A stretch of DNA of 42,030 nucleotides from Candidatus Daviesbacteria bacterium RIFCSPHIGHO2_01_FULL_40_11 (GTDB lineage Bacteria > Patescibacteriota > Microgenomatia > Daviesbacterales > UBA10151): the NCBI GenBank assembly GCA_001776635.1, contig MFCP01000021.1, positions 1 to 42,030 of the forward strand, read 5' to 3'. Below, piece by piece: positions 10,127-19,599 of this stretch; the stretch's first letter is position 1; each line of letters opens with the position of its first letter. The position numbers and the translations under genes were made by a program. Under the pieces are notes generated by a model, which did not search any database, had not been told where the DNA came from, and was given only the letters and a program-made list of their open reading frames with translations.

Positions 10127-12294
10127 GGCTTGCCACTTGGATTGTGAACTAATTTATATATCTTAACCCCGAAAAGATCCTGCATCCACTCAACTTTCGA
10201 CCAACCAAAAGCTGCAACTTCATATTTTGGACTGTGGGTTGGGTCGCAAACTGAATCTTCACAGACAACGAATAACTGCTCGGTTATATCAAACGGGACT
10301 TGTTTTGGCTTATTGCCATATCGGTCTAGATAAAATTGATAAGCAGAATCATAATTGCTTTTGGCAATTAGGGCAAAATTCAAATCCTGACCACCGGCCT
10401 GATTGATCACAAATTTGGCCACATCTTGAGTCCTTTTGAGTTGATTATTTGGAGGATTTAAAAGTGGATTCCTCTGCAAATTAAGCACCGTCAGAACTAA
10501 CAGTAAAATTACTATACCTGCATTTACTAACCATCTTGTCTTATTTGAAATATTAGATGCATAAAAAGCAACTGCCCCCAACAGTAAAAAAGGCACCGGA
10601 TTCATAAATCCTAAGTAATGGTCATAAATACTCTGTTGGTAGAAAGTGAGTCCCAAAAGCCCCACCACCAACCAAATGCCTAGGACTAACTTTGGCCAGT
10701 AGAAAAACTTGTATAGTAGCGCCGCAACCACTAACAAAGACAAAATTATCATCAGGTAATAATTTTCCGCTGCCATGTATCTACCTATCAGGTTATAAGA
10801 ATAAATCGCCGGTATCCGGGCAATATTTGTCAAGATGTCAGCCTTCACAGCGCTGCCGCCGCCCAGTAGCTCGGTAATTGCCCGATAATTTAAAAAGTTG
10901 TGTCTTAAATCAAACCAAACCAATGGCGACATCATAACCAAAAATGCCACAACTGCACCCAACGTACCACTAAAGATATGCTTCCTGTGGACACCTGGAA
11001 GGTGAACAACGAGGACACCTAGTAACCATAAGATTATAAATACAGGGAGCAAAATTAATGCCAAATAATGCATCTGGACTGCTGCAGCCGCTGCTATTCC
11101 TGTCAAAATTAACCATAAGAAATTACCGGTTTTCCAAAGCCTGTAAAAACCAAAGATCGCCAGCAACGCAAAAAATGGAGCAGGGTTTGGATTCCAGGAA
11201 GACCTGGCATAGATGACTGTCACAGGTGATATAGCATACAGATAAGCTGCCACCAGTCCTGCCTGCCGATTGAACCAACTCCTACCTAGGTAATAAATAA
11301 AGGCCACTGTTAAAACTCCCAAAAAGGCATTCATGCCGGCAGCTGCCACCGGATTCAACCAGAAAATCGCCATGGGAGCGGCCATCATGTAATAATAAAG
11401 TGGACCTAAGTAAATATTTCCCACGGAAGTAGGAGGACCGATCAAAGGGAAATCATAATCAACTAACATCTTTTTGATAATGATGGCATCCCGTCCCTCA
11501 TCCCCTAGAAAAGTCATATACTCCGAAAGTCTAAAGAACCTTAAAAATGTTGCCAGCGCTAGTATGCCTACCAGTAGAATAAATAACAACTTTTGATCTT
11601 TTAGTTTCCACCAAAGTTTAAAAAGATCCATAAATGATTTAATTATTACTCTTAAATTTGACCCTGTTGGTCTACCGAAGAGTCTGGGGTAATGATTAAC
11701 TCCTATCTCAGCAATTTTAAAGCCGGATTTTTTGGCGGAAATGGCCAGCTCCGCATTAATCATCGCACCTCTGGTAGATTCTAAATGAGGAATTTTTTCC
11801 AAAACCTCTTTTCTAACCATTTTAAAACCGCAATCAACGTCTTTTAAAGTTAATCCGAAAGAAGCCCAAAGTGATAATTTCCAACCCTGTTTAAAAAGTA
11901 TTCTGAAAAATGGGTCTTGTCGCTTTAACCTATATCCGATAATCAAATCATAATCCGAGATCTTATCCAAGAATTTCGTCACCTCTGCAAAATCAAACTG
12001 TCCATCCCCATCCGTATAGACTATGGTGTCATAGCGCGCATTATAAAAGCCGGACTTTAAAGCCTCACCGTAACCTAAATTTTGGGGATGGTGAATAACT
12101 CTGATATTAGGATTTTGCCGAGCCAAGAAGTCTGCAATTTTACCGGTTTTATCAGTTGAGCCATCGTCAACAATAATAATCTCATACTTGAGCTTAAGCT
12201 TTTCTAAAACCTCCCTTGCCTTTTTCACACCATTTTCAATATTGCCCTCTTCGTTAATACAAGGAAAGAAAACAGAAAGCGAATCAATACTCAT
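10123..12294 (-). CDS. Fusion of a GT2 (DPM1-like) domain and a PMT/ArnT-like GT-C domain
   Basis: N-terminal PCINEE, DDGSTD, YTDGDGQF, DVDCGFK; from about residue 240, TM helices with FLGDEGRD...PLIGPPTSVGNIYLGPLYYY and SSWNPN. Start moved to ATG 12294 because the track's MCYTLIL prefix is the translated promoter. Confidence 0.85.
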   Translation of the reverse strand: MSIDSLSVFFPCINEEGNIENGVKKAREVLEKLKLKYEIIIVDDGSTDKTGKIADFLARQNPNIRVIHHPQNLGYGEALKSGFYNARYDTIVYTDGDGQFDFAEVTKFLDKISDYDLIIGYRLKRQDPFFRILFKQGWKLSLWASFGLTLKDVDCGFKMVRKEVLEKIPHLESTRGAMINAELAISAKKSGFKIAEIGVNHYPRLFGRPTGSNLRVIIKSFMDLFKLWWKLKDQKLLFILLVGILALATFLRFFRLSEYMTFLGDEGRDAIIIKKMLVDYDFPLIGPPTSVGNIYLGPLYYYMMAAPMAIFWLNPVAAAGMNAFLGVLTVAFIYYLGRSWFNRQAGLVAAYLYAISPVTVIYARSSWNPNPAPFFALLAIFGFYRLWKTGNFLWLILTGIAAAAAVQMHYLALILLPVFIILWLLGVLVVHLPGVHRKHIFSGTLGAVVAFLVMMSPLVWFDLRHNFLNYRAITELLGGGSAVKADILTNIARIPAIYSYNLIGRYMAAENYYLMIILSLLVVAALLYKFFYWPKLVLGIWLVVGLLGLTFYQQSIYDHYLGFMNPVPFLLLGAVAFYASNISNKTRWLVNAGIVILLLVLTVLNLQRNPLLNPPNNQLKRTQDVAKFVINQAGGQDLNFALIAKSNYDSAYQFYLDRYGNKPKQVPFDITEQLFVVCEDSVCDPTHSPKYEVAAFGWSKVEWMQDLFGVKIYKLVHNPSGKP

Positions 12295-12303
12295 TAGGAT
12301 TAG

Positions 12304-12337
12304 AGTGTAGCACACAAACCCATTTTTCTGCTATGAT
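12304..12337. promoter_or_regulatory. Back-to-back extended -10 promoters: TGCTACACT on - (12304-12312) and TGCTATGAT on + (12329-12337)
   Basis: They lie 9 nt and 7 nt upstream of the divergent ATGs at 12294 and 12345. Confidence 0.65.
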
Positions 12338-12344
12338 TTGGTAG

Positions 12345-13514
12345 ATGAGTAAGTCAGTCAAAGATTGTATTATCCTGGCGCTTTTAACTCTAGCTGCCAC
12401 TTTTCTAATATGGCTACCTCATATTTTAACTATGCCTAATCTTTGGGGGCTATCCTTCAAAGAAGGATTTTCTACAATTTATCGAAACTTTGATGGTTTG
12501 GAATATGTCGTTATTGCAAAAACTTTTTATGATCCAGCCGCCATTTCTGCCCTACCACTGTCCCTACCGGCTAATTATTTTGCCTCACATTTTCCCGGAT
12601 ATGCCCTTTTAATTGCGGTTTTTTCTCCGATATTAGGATATTTAAAATCAATGCTTTTTGTGTCAGTCTTATCCACAATTCTCGCTAGTTTAGTCTTTTA
12701 CTTTTTAGTTAAAGATTTTAAGTTAAGCAATCATCCACTTTTTTTGTCTTTTATATTTTTAATTTTTCCTGCCAGGTGGTTAGTAGTTCACAGCGTCGGT
12801 TCATCAGAACCTACCTTTATTCTTTTTATTATCGCCGCCATTTATTTCTTTATGAAATTTGAGCAGTCAAAAAAAGTTCCCAATATTATCTTGGCAGGGC
12901 TCTTTGGACTCTTGGCTCAAATTACCAGACCCCCAGGAATACTGCTTTTCATTGCTTTTGCTTCATATATCTTTTATAAATTCTACCTTCAAATCAAACT
13001 GGTTGTATTTCAAAAAGCATTGGCGGATCACTTAAAGTATTTTCCCCTGATACTAATCCCATTAGGACTTATGGGCATATTCTACTTGTATAACCAAACA
13101 TATGGAGATTTTTGGGCTTATTTTAAAAGCGGAGACAATATTCATTTAACATTTCCACCCTTTCAAGTTTTCAATAAGGGGCAGTTTTGGGTAGGAGATA
13201 TTTGGCTGGAGGACATCATCTATATTTTTCTGCTGGGATTTTTAGGAGCAGTAATGCTCCTGAAACAAAAGCTTTTACCCTTAGCTTTTTTTGTTCTAAC
13301 TTATCTTACCGCCTCTACCTTAGTGGCCCACCGCGACATAAGCCGCTACCTTTTACCTATTAGTCCTTTTATCTTAATTGCTTTTGAGAAAATCTTAACC
13401 AGCCGAGAATTTAAAATTATCCTCCCGATAATACTACTGGCAATATACCTTTATGCCCAAAATTTTATACTAGCAAATACTGCCCCCATTCCCAACCTTG
13501 AAATGTTTAATTAA
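12345..13514 (+). CDS. GT-C mannosyltransferase-like membrane protein (PIG-V/GT76-like)
   Basis: 389 aa; RNFDGLEYVVIA, HFPGYALLI, SSEPTF, TRPPG and SRYLL resemble the WDxxxYxxIA / FFPxYP / YSE / RxxG motifs of PIG-V-like proteins. Confidence 0.7.
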   Translation: MSKSVKDCIILALLTLAATFLIWLPHILTMPNLWGLSFKEGFSTIYRNFDGLEYVVIAKTFYDPAAISALPLSLPANYFASHFPGYALLIAVFSPILGYLKSMLFVSVLSTILASLVFYFLVKDFKLSNHPLFLSFIFLIFPARWLVVHSVGSSEPTFILFIIAAIYFFMKFEQSKKVPNIILAGLFGLLAQITRPPGILLFIAFASYIFYKFYLQIKLVVFQKALADHLKYFPLILIPLGLMGIFYLYNQTYGDFWAYFKSGDNIHLTFPPFQVFNKGQFWVGDIWLEDIIYIFLLGFLGAVMLLKQKLLPLAFFVLTYLTASTLVAHRDISRYLLPISPFILIAFEKILTSREFKIILPIILLAIYLYAQNFILANTAPIPNLEMFN

Positions 13515-14698
13515 TTCTCCTCTCGGCGCCAGGTAATCAAATGATTAACTGTAAAATTCCAAAGCATGACCGGCGGGATGGTTGCAAAAAAATAGAAATT
13601 ATTATAAGCAATAGGGCGACCAAATATAATGACAAATCCATCTCCGTAAGTTAAATGTAAATATTTAACTATCAAAACCCCAATAATAAGTCCTCCCAAG
13701 GAAACTACATTAAATATTCCAAGCTTTTGCCAGAGATTTGTTTTAGTTTTTCTATATCTAAAAGTCCAATAATTGTTCAAGATAAAATTATTGATGATCG
13801 CTATTTCTGTAGAAAAACCCTTTGCGGTTGCTGGAGTTAAATTTAAGAAATTGATAAACACCTTATAAAAAAGAAAGTCTACTAAAGTTCCTATCGCTCC
13901 AACTAAACTAAATTTGACTAAAGTTTTTGCTCTTCTGGATAAACGATAAAAAGGAATATTGAACCCTAGCGAATGCATTCTTGCATCCAAACAATAAACA
14001 ATAACATCATAGGTGTAGTTAAAAACTTTATTTTTGGAATAACCCTCTAAACGATTTTTAAAAATGAGCGGTACTTCTTTATACTTTGCCCCGGCGAGTA
14101 CTGCTTCATGCAAAAAAGCCGGCTGAATAATAAAAGTCCGCTCTTGCCAAGGCAATCTCCCTAAATTAATTTTATTAAAAAGCGCCGGAGTAAAAGCTCT
14201 GGCGGAATTTGTAACTTCTCTAATATCCCAAGGACCCATTACTAATCGACAAAAAATTGAGGCTCCATATGTAAAAATTCTTCTTACAAAGGATAACTGA
14301 TTTTTCCCACCGCTTACAAACCTGGAACCTATTGCCAGAGAATATCCTTCCTCTATAGTTTTAATAAGTCTTACCAGAACATCCGGCACCACCTGTCCGT
14401 CTGCATCGAGTTGAGCTAAAACATCTGGATGTAAGTTATCTAGCGCATACTGATGACCTTTAATAAGCCCAACGCCTAAACCTGGTTCCACTTTTATGAA
14501 ATGCACTCTCCTATTCTTCCTAATTAATTCTTTCGCAACTTGTTCTATCCCATCAGAAGACCTGATATCATCTGCAATTACAACACTTATTTCGAAGTTG
14601 GGTATATTTTTTTCTTGTTCAAAAACTTTCTCAACGGTCTTTGCGATATTCCCTTTTTCATTATAAGTAGGTAAAACTACACTGACTATTTTTTTCAT
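13511..14698 (-). CDS. GT2 (DPM1-like) fused to a C-terminal GtrA-family domain
   Basis: VVLPTYNE, QLDADGQ, IGSRFV; C-terminal KFSLVGAIGTLVD...NFILNNYWTF...WNFTVNHLITW is a GtrA signature. Confidence 0.85.
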   Translation of the reverse strand: MKKIVSVVLPTYNEKGNIAKTVEKVFEQEKNIPNFEISVVIADDIRSSDGIEQVAKELIRKNRRVHFIKVEPGLGVGLIKGHQYALDNLHPDVLAQLDADGQVVPDVLVRLIKTIEEGYSLAIGSRFVSGGKNQLSFVRRIFTYGASIFCRLVMGPWDIREVTNSARAFTPALFNKINLGRLPWQERTFIIQPAFLHEAVLAGAKYKEVPLIFKNRLEGYSKNKVFNYTYDVIVYCLDARMHSLGFNIPFYRLSRRAKTLVKFSLVGAIGTLVDFLFYKVFINFLNLTPATAKGFSTEIAIINNFILNNYWTFRYRKTKTNLWQKLGIFNVVSLGGLIIGVLIVKYLHLTYGDGFVIIFGRPIAYNNFYFFATIPPVMLWNFTVNHLITWRREEN

Positions 14699-14706
14699 AT
14701 TGATCG

Positions 14707-14735
14707 ATTGTAATGGAAGATAAAAATATTAGCAA
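14707..14735 (-). promoter_or_regulatory. Sigma70-type promoter TTGCTA-17-TACAAT
   Basis: The -10 lies 8 nt upstream of ATG 14698. Confidence 0.55.
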
Positions 14736-14758
14736 TGTTGTTTTTGGGAAACAGAAAG

Positions 14759-15775
14759 TTAAGAAAATTTTGCCAAGTCTGCATGAACCATAATTCTGAC
14801 TAAATCTTTGAATTTAGTCTTTGGTTCCCATCCTAAAACCTTTTTGGCTTTTGAAGCATCACCAGTCAGCGGACCTGTTTGCACCGGAGGTACAAAATGT
14901 GGATCTGTTTCCACATAATCCTTCCAATTTAAACCCACAACAGAGAAAGCTTCGTCGGCAAACTCTCCAACAGTATGCATCTCCCCAGTCGCAGCCACAA
15001 AATCATCTGCTTTGTCCTGTTGTAACACCATCCACATGAGTTCCACATAATCAGGGGCATAACCCCAATCTCTTTTGGCATCAAGATCTCCCAATTTTAC
15101 TTTTCCATTTTTTACAATCGGTTCACCTATCTCGTTTAAAGGTATCCCCTCTTTTCTATTATTCTTAATTACTGCTACGGCGGCAGTTATTTTTCTTGTT
15201 ACAAAATTTAAACCACGTCTGGGACTTTCATGATTGAAAAGGATTCCGCAAGAAATAAACTGCGGTTCCTTCCTATCATTCCTTGCAATAGTTGCCATTC
15301 TGTGTGCAAATTCTTTGGCGGCTGCGTAAGGATTGGCAGGATTAAAAGGAGTATCTTCGTTTTGAGGAACTTGTTTTGGTACACCAAACATCTCGGATGT
15401 TGATGCTTGATAAATCTTAGCATCGGGCACAACCCGCTTAGCTCGCTCGAAAACATGCAGGGCACCTACCCCTGTAACCATAATTGCTCCAAGTTTATCG
15501 CTAAATGACCCAAGCGGAGAAGAAAGTGCAGCCAGGTTATATATTTCATCCGGTTTAAAATCTAAAAGAGCTAGGGCAATAGATTCCGGTGAATGTAAAT
15601 CTCCATAATAAACTTTTACCTCATCTTTAATTTCGTTAATATTACCTAAATCCAGAGCCGCATTTCTTCGGACCAAACCTGCCACCTCGTACCCTTTATC
15701 CAAAAGAAGTTCGGTAAGATAGGAACCATCTTGTCCAGAAATCCCGGTTATAAAAGCTCTTTTTTTATTTGCCAT
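14759..15775 (-). CDS. gmd: GDP-mannose 4,6-dehydratase
   Basis: ITGISGQDGSYL, PDEIYNLAA, YQASTSEMFG, PYAAAK, GILFNHESPRRG, FVTRKIT, KRDWGYA. Confidence 0.93.
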   Translation of the reverse strand: MANKKRAFITGISGQDGSYLTELLLDKGYEVAGLVRRNAALDLGNINEIKDEVKVYYGDLHSPESIALALLDFKPDEIYNLAALSSPLGSFSDKLGAIMVTGVGALHVFERAKRVVPDAKIYQASTSEMFGVPKQVPQNEDTPFNPANPYAAAKEFAHRMATIARNDRKEPQFISCGILFNHESPRRGLNFVTRKITAAVAVIKNNRKEGIPLNEIGEPIVKNGKVKLGDLDAKRDWGYAPDYVELMWMVLQQDKADDFVAATGEMHTVGEFADEAFSVVGLNWKDYVETDPHFVPPVQTGPLTGDASKAKKVLGWEPKTKFKDLVRIMVHADLAKFS

Positions 15776-15824
15776 ATTTTATTTTGGGCTTTTCTTACCA
15801 TCGTAAGACGGCAAGTTCATTTTA

Positions 15825-16727
15825 CTATAGCTGATTTCTTGCTTGCTCGTCAATCTCTTTTTTGAAAAGTACAAGACCTTCTTCAACCGTATGTAATATT
15901 CCCTCCCCAAATTCCCGCTCAAACTTCGTCGGATTTAACCAAGAAAACTTTAACAGTTTTGCCTTTTTTTCTTTATTATATTCATCAAGGCCTATTGAGT
16001 TTATCAATGAATAATTAAGCTTAAAAACCTCGGCAATCGTTTTGGCAAATTCTAACGGAGTAACACTATCTGTGCTACTGACGTGATAAAGCCCGCTGGA
16101 GCCTGCCTCAACCAGATGCGCTAGCGCTGCAGCAATATCAGAGACTACAGTTGGAGTAACTCTTTGGTCTTCAATTGCTTTAATGCTCCTTCCCGCCTGC
16201 AATTCCTCCAAAAAAAACCTGGCAATATCTTTTTTCTCCTGATAGAAGCTTGAAAAAGGCATTGATATTCTAACTATGGTTGACAAACATCCACTTTCCG
16301 CAACAAACTCCTCCCCAAAAAGTTTAGTAATTCCATACCAATTGATTGGACTGGGTTTATCTTCTTCCGTATAAGGACTATTCTCTTTCCTGCCATCAAA
16401 GACATACTCTGTTGAAATATGGATTAATTTTTTACCAAACTCTTTACAAACTTCTGCCACATTTTTAGCCCCCACTGCATTTATCAAATAGCAGATCCCC
16501 TCTTTATCCCGTTTTTGGGCTTCAGCATCCTCAACTTGGGTAAAGGCGGCAAAATTAATAATAGTATCCGGATTAGACTGTTGGGTAAATTTTAAGATTT
16601 GATCTTTATTTAATATATCTATTTCTTGGCTTTGAGGCGCGCTAATATCAAACTGGTTGGCATTTAGTTTCACAAATCTTGATCCCACCAGACCGCTACC
16701 ACCAAACACCAATACTTTTTTCATCAC
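15825..16727 (-). CDS. rmlD: dTDP-4-dehydrorhamnose reductase
   Basis: GGSGLVG, INFAAFTQVEDAE, HISTEYVFDG, YGITK; position in the rml cluster. The true start may be ATG 16724. Confidence 0.88.
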   Translation of the reverse strand: MMKKVLVFGGSGLVGSRFVKLNANQFDISAPQSQEIDILNKDQILKFTQQSNPDTIINFAAFTQVEDAEAQKRDKEGICYLINAVGAKNVAEVCKEFGKKLIHISTEYVFDGRKENSPYTEEDKPSPINWYGITKLFGEEFVAESGCLSTIVRISMPFSSFYQEKKDIARFFLEELQAGRSIKAIEDQRVTPTVVSDIAAALAHLVEAGSSGLYHVSSTDSVTPLEFAKTIAEVFKLNYSLINSIGLDEYNKEKKAKLLKFSWLNPTKFEREFGEGILHTVEEGLVLFKKEIDEQARNQL

Positions 16728-17275
16728 TTAAACTTCTCCGGGAATAGATCTCTTAAGTTTGGGTTATTTCTATCTCTTTCAGAGATAATAGGATTTTCGA
16801 TAGGCCAATTTATTTGCAAATCAGGATCATCCCAGGCAATTGCTCTGGTATCCGAACCGTCATAATAGCTATCCACTAAATAAATATAATCCACGCTCTT
16901 TTCTCCAGTTACACAAAGCGAATTAGCCAGTCCATTGGGTATAAAAAGCCCAATCCGATTATCGTCACCTACATTAAAAGTTTCTACTTTGGCAAAAGTT
17001 GGGGAATCCGGCCTTATATCAACTATGGCTATGAAAACTTCTCCGGAAACCGGATAAATAATTTTATTCCATTTTTCGGCGTGTATCCCCCTGATTACCC
17101 TGGGAACAGAATTTGAATGATTCATCTGTATACCATCAAATTTAAAACCGATAATTTTTTCTAGTTCATCTTTATGAAACAGTTCCCTAAAAAAGCCTCT
17201 CTCGTCCGAAAAGATTGGTCTTTCTAAAATCAGAAGACCGGCAATTGTTGTAGTTTTAATGAATTTTTGATCCAT
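16724..17275 (-). CDS. rmlC: dTDP-4-dehydrorhamnose 3,5-epimerase
   Basis: DERGFFRELF, QMNHSNS, IRGIH, VDIRPDSPTF, WDDPDLQINWP, ISERD; start set at ATG 17275 (MDQKF). Confidence 0.9.
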   Translation of the reverse strand: MDQKFIKTTTIAGLLILERPIFSDERGFFRELFHKDELEKIIGFKFDGIQMNHSNSVPRVIRGIHAEKWNKIIYPVSGEVFIAIVDIRPDSPTFAKVETFNVGDDNRIGLFIPNGLANSLCVTGEKSVDYIYLVDSYYDGSDTRAIAWDDPDLQINWPIENPIISERDRNNPNLRDLFPEKFK

Positions 17276-18269
17276 AAGATTTTTGGGCCATCCGATCGAC
17301 AATTGGTCTGCCTTCTTTTAACGGTTTCCACCACCATTCATTTTCTTTATACCATCCAACTATTCTTTGTAGATCAGAATCCACGCTGTGCTTTCGTTCC
17401 CAGCCTAGACTTTTAAGTTTTTCTCCATTGATAGCGTAACGGAAATCATGGCCTAACCTATGCTCCACAAATTCAATCATTGATTCATCCAAACCCATTA
17501 TACTAAGAAGCGTCTGTGTGATTTCCATATTGGTTTTCTCTTCTCCTTGGATTAAATAAGTTTCACCAACTTCACCTTTTTGTAAAACAAAATCAATAGC
17601 TTCTGCATGATCTCCTACATGCAACCATTCCCTGATATTTTCTCCTTTTCCCATTAAGGGAACTTTTTCCCCTTCTAAAAGGTTGGTGATAAATCGAGGG
17701 ATCAGCTTCTCCGGATCGTGATAAGGACCATAGTTATTGGCACAATTTGTAATAGTAACAGGCAGACCATAGGTTTCAAAATATGCTCTGACCAAATGAT
17801 CAGATCCGGCCTTGGATGCAGAATATGGAGTGCGAGGATTGTAAGGGGTGTCTTCTGTAAACGGAGGATCTTCTAGTCCCAACTCACCATAGACTTCGTC
17901 TGTTGACACATGATGAAACCTTTTTATTTTTGCTTCAAGCGCTGCATTTAAGAGCACTGCAGTTCCTAAAACATTTGTTCTGACAAACTGCAAAGGATCA
18001 ATAATCGAGCGGTCAACATGTGACTCTGCGGCAAAATGCACCACTACATCAATACCATCCATGGCTTGCTCCACAGTATTTCCATCAGCGATATCCCCTT
18101 TAATAAATTGATAATTAGGGTTAGTCTCAATATCCTTCAAGCTTTCCGGATGTCCTGCATAAGTCAATGCGTCCAGATTAACAATTCTATCTTGCGGATG
18201 AGACTTTAACCAATAATGGATAAAATTAGAGCCGATGAACCCGGCGCCTCCTGTAATTAATAGTTTCAC
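17256..18269 (-). CDS. rmlB: dTDP-glucose 4,6-dehydratase
   Basis: TGGAGFIGSNF, DALTYAG, HFAAESHVDRSI, VSTDEVYG, YSASKA, PEKLIP. Confidence 0.95.
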   Translation of the reverse strand: MKLLITGGAGFIGSNFIHYWLKSHPQDRIVNLDALTYAGHPESLKDIETNPNYQFIKGDIADGNTVEQAMDGIDVVVHFAAESHVDRSIIDPLQFVRTNVLGTAVLLNAALEAKIKRFHHVSTDEVYGELGLEDPPFTEDTPYNPRTPYSASKAGSDHLVRAYFETYGLPVTITNCANNYGPYHDPEKLIPRFITNLLEGEKVPLMGKGENIREWLHVGDHAEAIDFVLQKGEVGETYLIQGEEKTNMEITQTLLSIMGLDESMIEFVEHRLGHDFRYAINGEKLKSLGWERKHSVDSDLQRIVGWYKENEWWWKPLKEGRPIVDRMAQKSYGSKIH

Positions 18270-18270
18270 G

Positions 18271-18345
18271 TTTTTTGAATCCTTTCAAAAAAGGCAAGGT
18301 TCTGATGTCTGAGCAGTAAAATATTAACATACTGCGAAGACATCA
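18271..18345. repeat. Two adjacent inverted repeats in the rmlA-rmlB spacer
   Basis: TTTTTTGAA-TCCT-TTCAAAAAA (18271-18292) and TGATGTCT-GA-GCAGTA-N11-TACTGC-GA-AGACATCA (18303-18345). Confidence 0.7.
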
Positions 18346-18360
18346 TTGGTCCTTTTATAT

Positions 18361-19443
18361 CTAAATTTGGATCTTACATTGTTCCCCTACAAAAAGGGAA
18401 GTCCTGGCCTCCTTGCCATCAACCCCAATTATCTCACTGTCTGTCCCAATCAAGCTAATCTCAATCGGATGCAATTTTACATCCAAAATCTTTACTCCAC
18501 CCATCAATATACTACTTCCTACGATACTTCCAGCAATATCACATTTATCACTTATAGAGGTAAAGGGTCCAATTTTAGAGTCTTTAATAGTCACATTATC
18601 TCCTATTATCACCGGCCCTTCTATTTGGGAATTGATTATCACCGAGTCTCTTCCTATCGAAACTTTACCGGAAATCTTTGAAGTCGAATCTATTTGACTT
18701 TCCCTAATCTCTTCCAATTCATGTTCCAACAGATACTTATTTGCTTCCAACCAATCATCGAATTTTCCAGGATCCATCCATATGCCTTTATATTCTAAGG
18801 CTTCTACCCTAAACCCCTGATCTATTAACCAATTATAAGGAGCGCTAATTTCCAGTTCCCCCCGCTCTGACGGTCTTATTGCATTCTTACCTTTAAAACA
18901 TTTAAAAACATTTGAATCAAAAAAATAAAGTCCCGGAATACCGAAGTTATTAGGCGGATTTTCCGGTTTTTCAATATATTGGATAAACTTACCCCCCTCA
19001 TCAAAAAGAGGTACACCAAGCCGCCTGTTATCTTTATGCGCAAGCACTGTGACAAGAGCGTTTGGTTTCTCTTTCAAAAAATAGACCACTAAATCTTTTA
19101 TTCCATTGATAAAAATATTATCCCCGTTATGCATAACAAAAGGTGAACCTGCTAGGTATTCCTCGCAGACCTGAAAGATATTAGCCAAACCTTTGGGTTC
19201 TTTCTGCAATACATAAGTAAAACTTATCCCCCATCTTGATCCATCACCTAAGAGTGCCTTTGCTTCTTCTAACCCTCCGGGGTTATATGTCAGCGCAATA
19301 TCTTTGATACCTGCTTCTGCAACCGTTTCTATTGGATAAAAAATTAACGGTTTGTTGGCAATCGGAATAAAGTGTTTATTGGTTGAAAAGGTTAATGGCC
19401 GCATTCTAGTACCCCGACCACCTGTTGGTATAATTGCTTTCAT
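18361..19443 (-). CDS. rmlA: Glucose-1-phosphate thymidylyltransferase, long form with a C-terminal beta-helix
   Basis: GGRGTRMRPLT, NKHFIPIANKP, QKEPKGLA, GDNIF, EKP, PSERGELEI, then hexapeptide-like repeats. Confidence 0.92.
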   Translation of the reverse strand: MKAIIPTGGRGTRMRPLTFSTNKHFIPIANKPLIFYPIETVAEAGIKDIALTYNPGGLEEAKALLGDGSRWGISFTYVLQKEPKGLANIFQVCEEYLAGSPFVMHNGDNIFINGIKDLVVYFLKEKPNALVTVLAHKDNRRLGVPLFDEGGKFIQYIEKPENPPNNFGIPGLYFFDSNVFKCFKGKNAIRPSERGELEISAPYNWLIDQGFRVEALEYKGIWMDPGKFDDWLEANKYLLEHELEEIRESQIDSTSKISGKVSIGRDSVIINSQIEGPVIIGDNVTIKDSKIGPFTSISDKCDIAGSIVGSSILMGGVKILDVKLHPIEISLIGTDSEIIGVDGKEARTSLFVGEQCKIQI

Positions 19444-19599
19444 CTAATAGATAACTCCCAAAATTAGGATCAAAACCAAAATAGCAGTTAAAAGATACTC
19501 CAAAAAAATAGGTAAAGTCAAACTTTTATTGCGCTTGTGGTGAAAAAGTGCCCATAAAAGATAGATTAAGATACCTATGCTTAAAATTTTCAAGATCAT
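19444..19599 (-). CDS. Small two-TM membrane protein (51 aa), hypothetical
   Basis: Below the track's apparent length cut-off: MILKILSIGILIYLLWALFHHKRNKSLTLPIFLEYLLTAILVLILILGVIY. Its ATG overlaps the CAP gene stop (ATGA) and its TAG abuts the rmlA ATG, so it fills the gap exactly. Confidence 0.8.
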   Translation of the reverse strand: MILKILSIGILIYLLWALFHHKRNKSLTLPIFLEYLLTAILVLILILGVIY

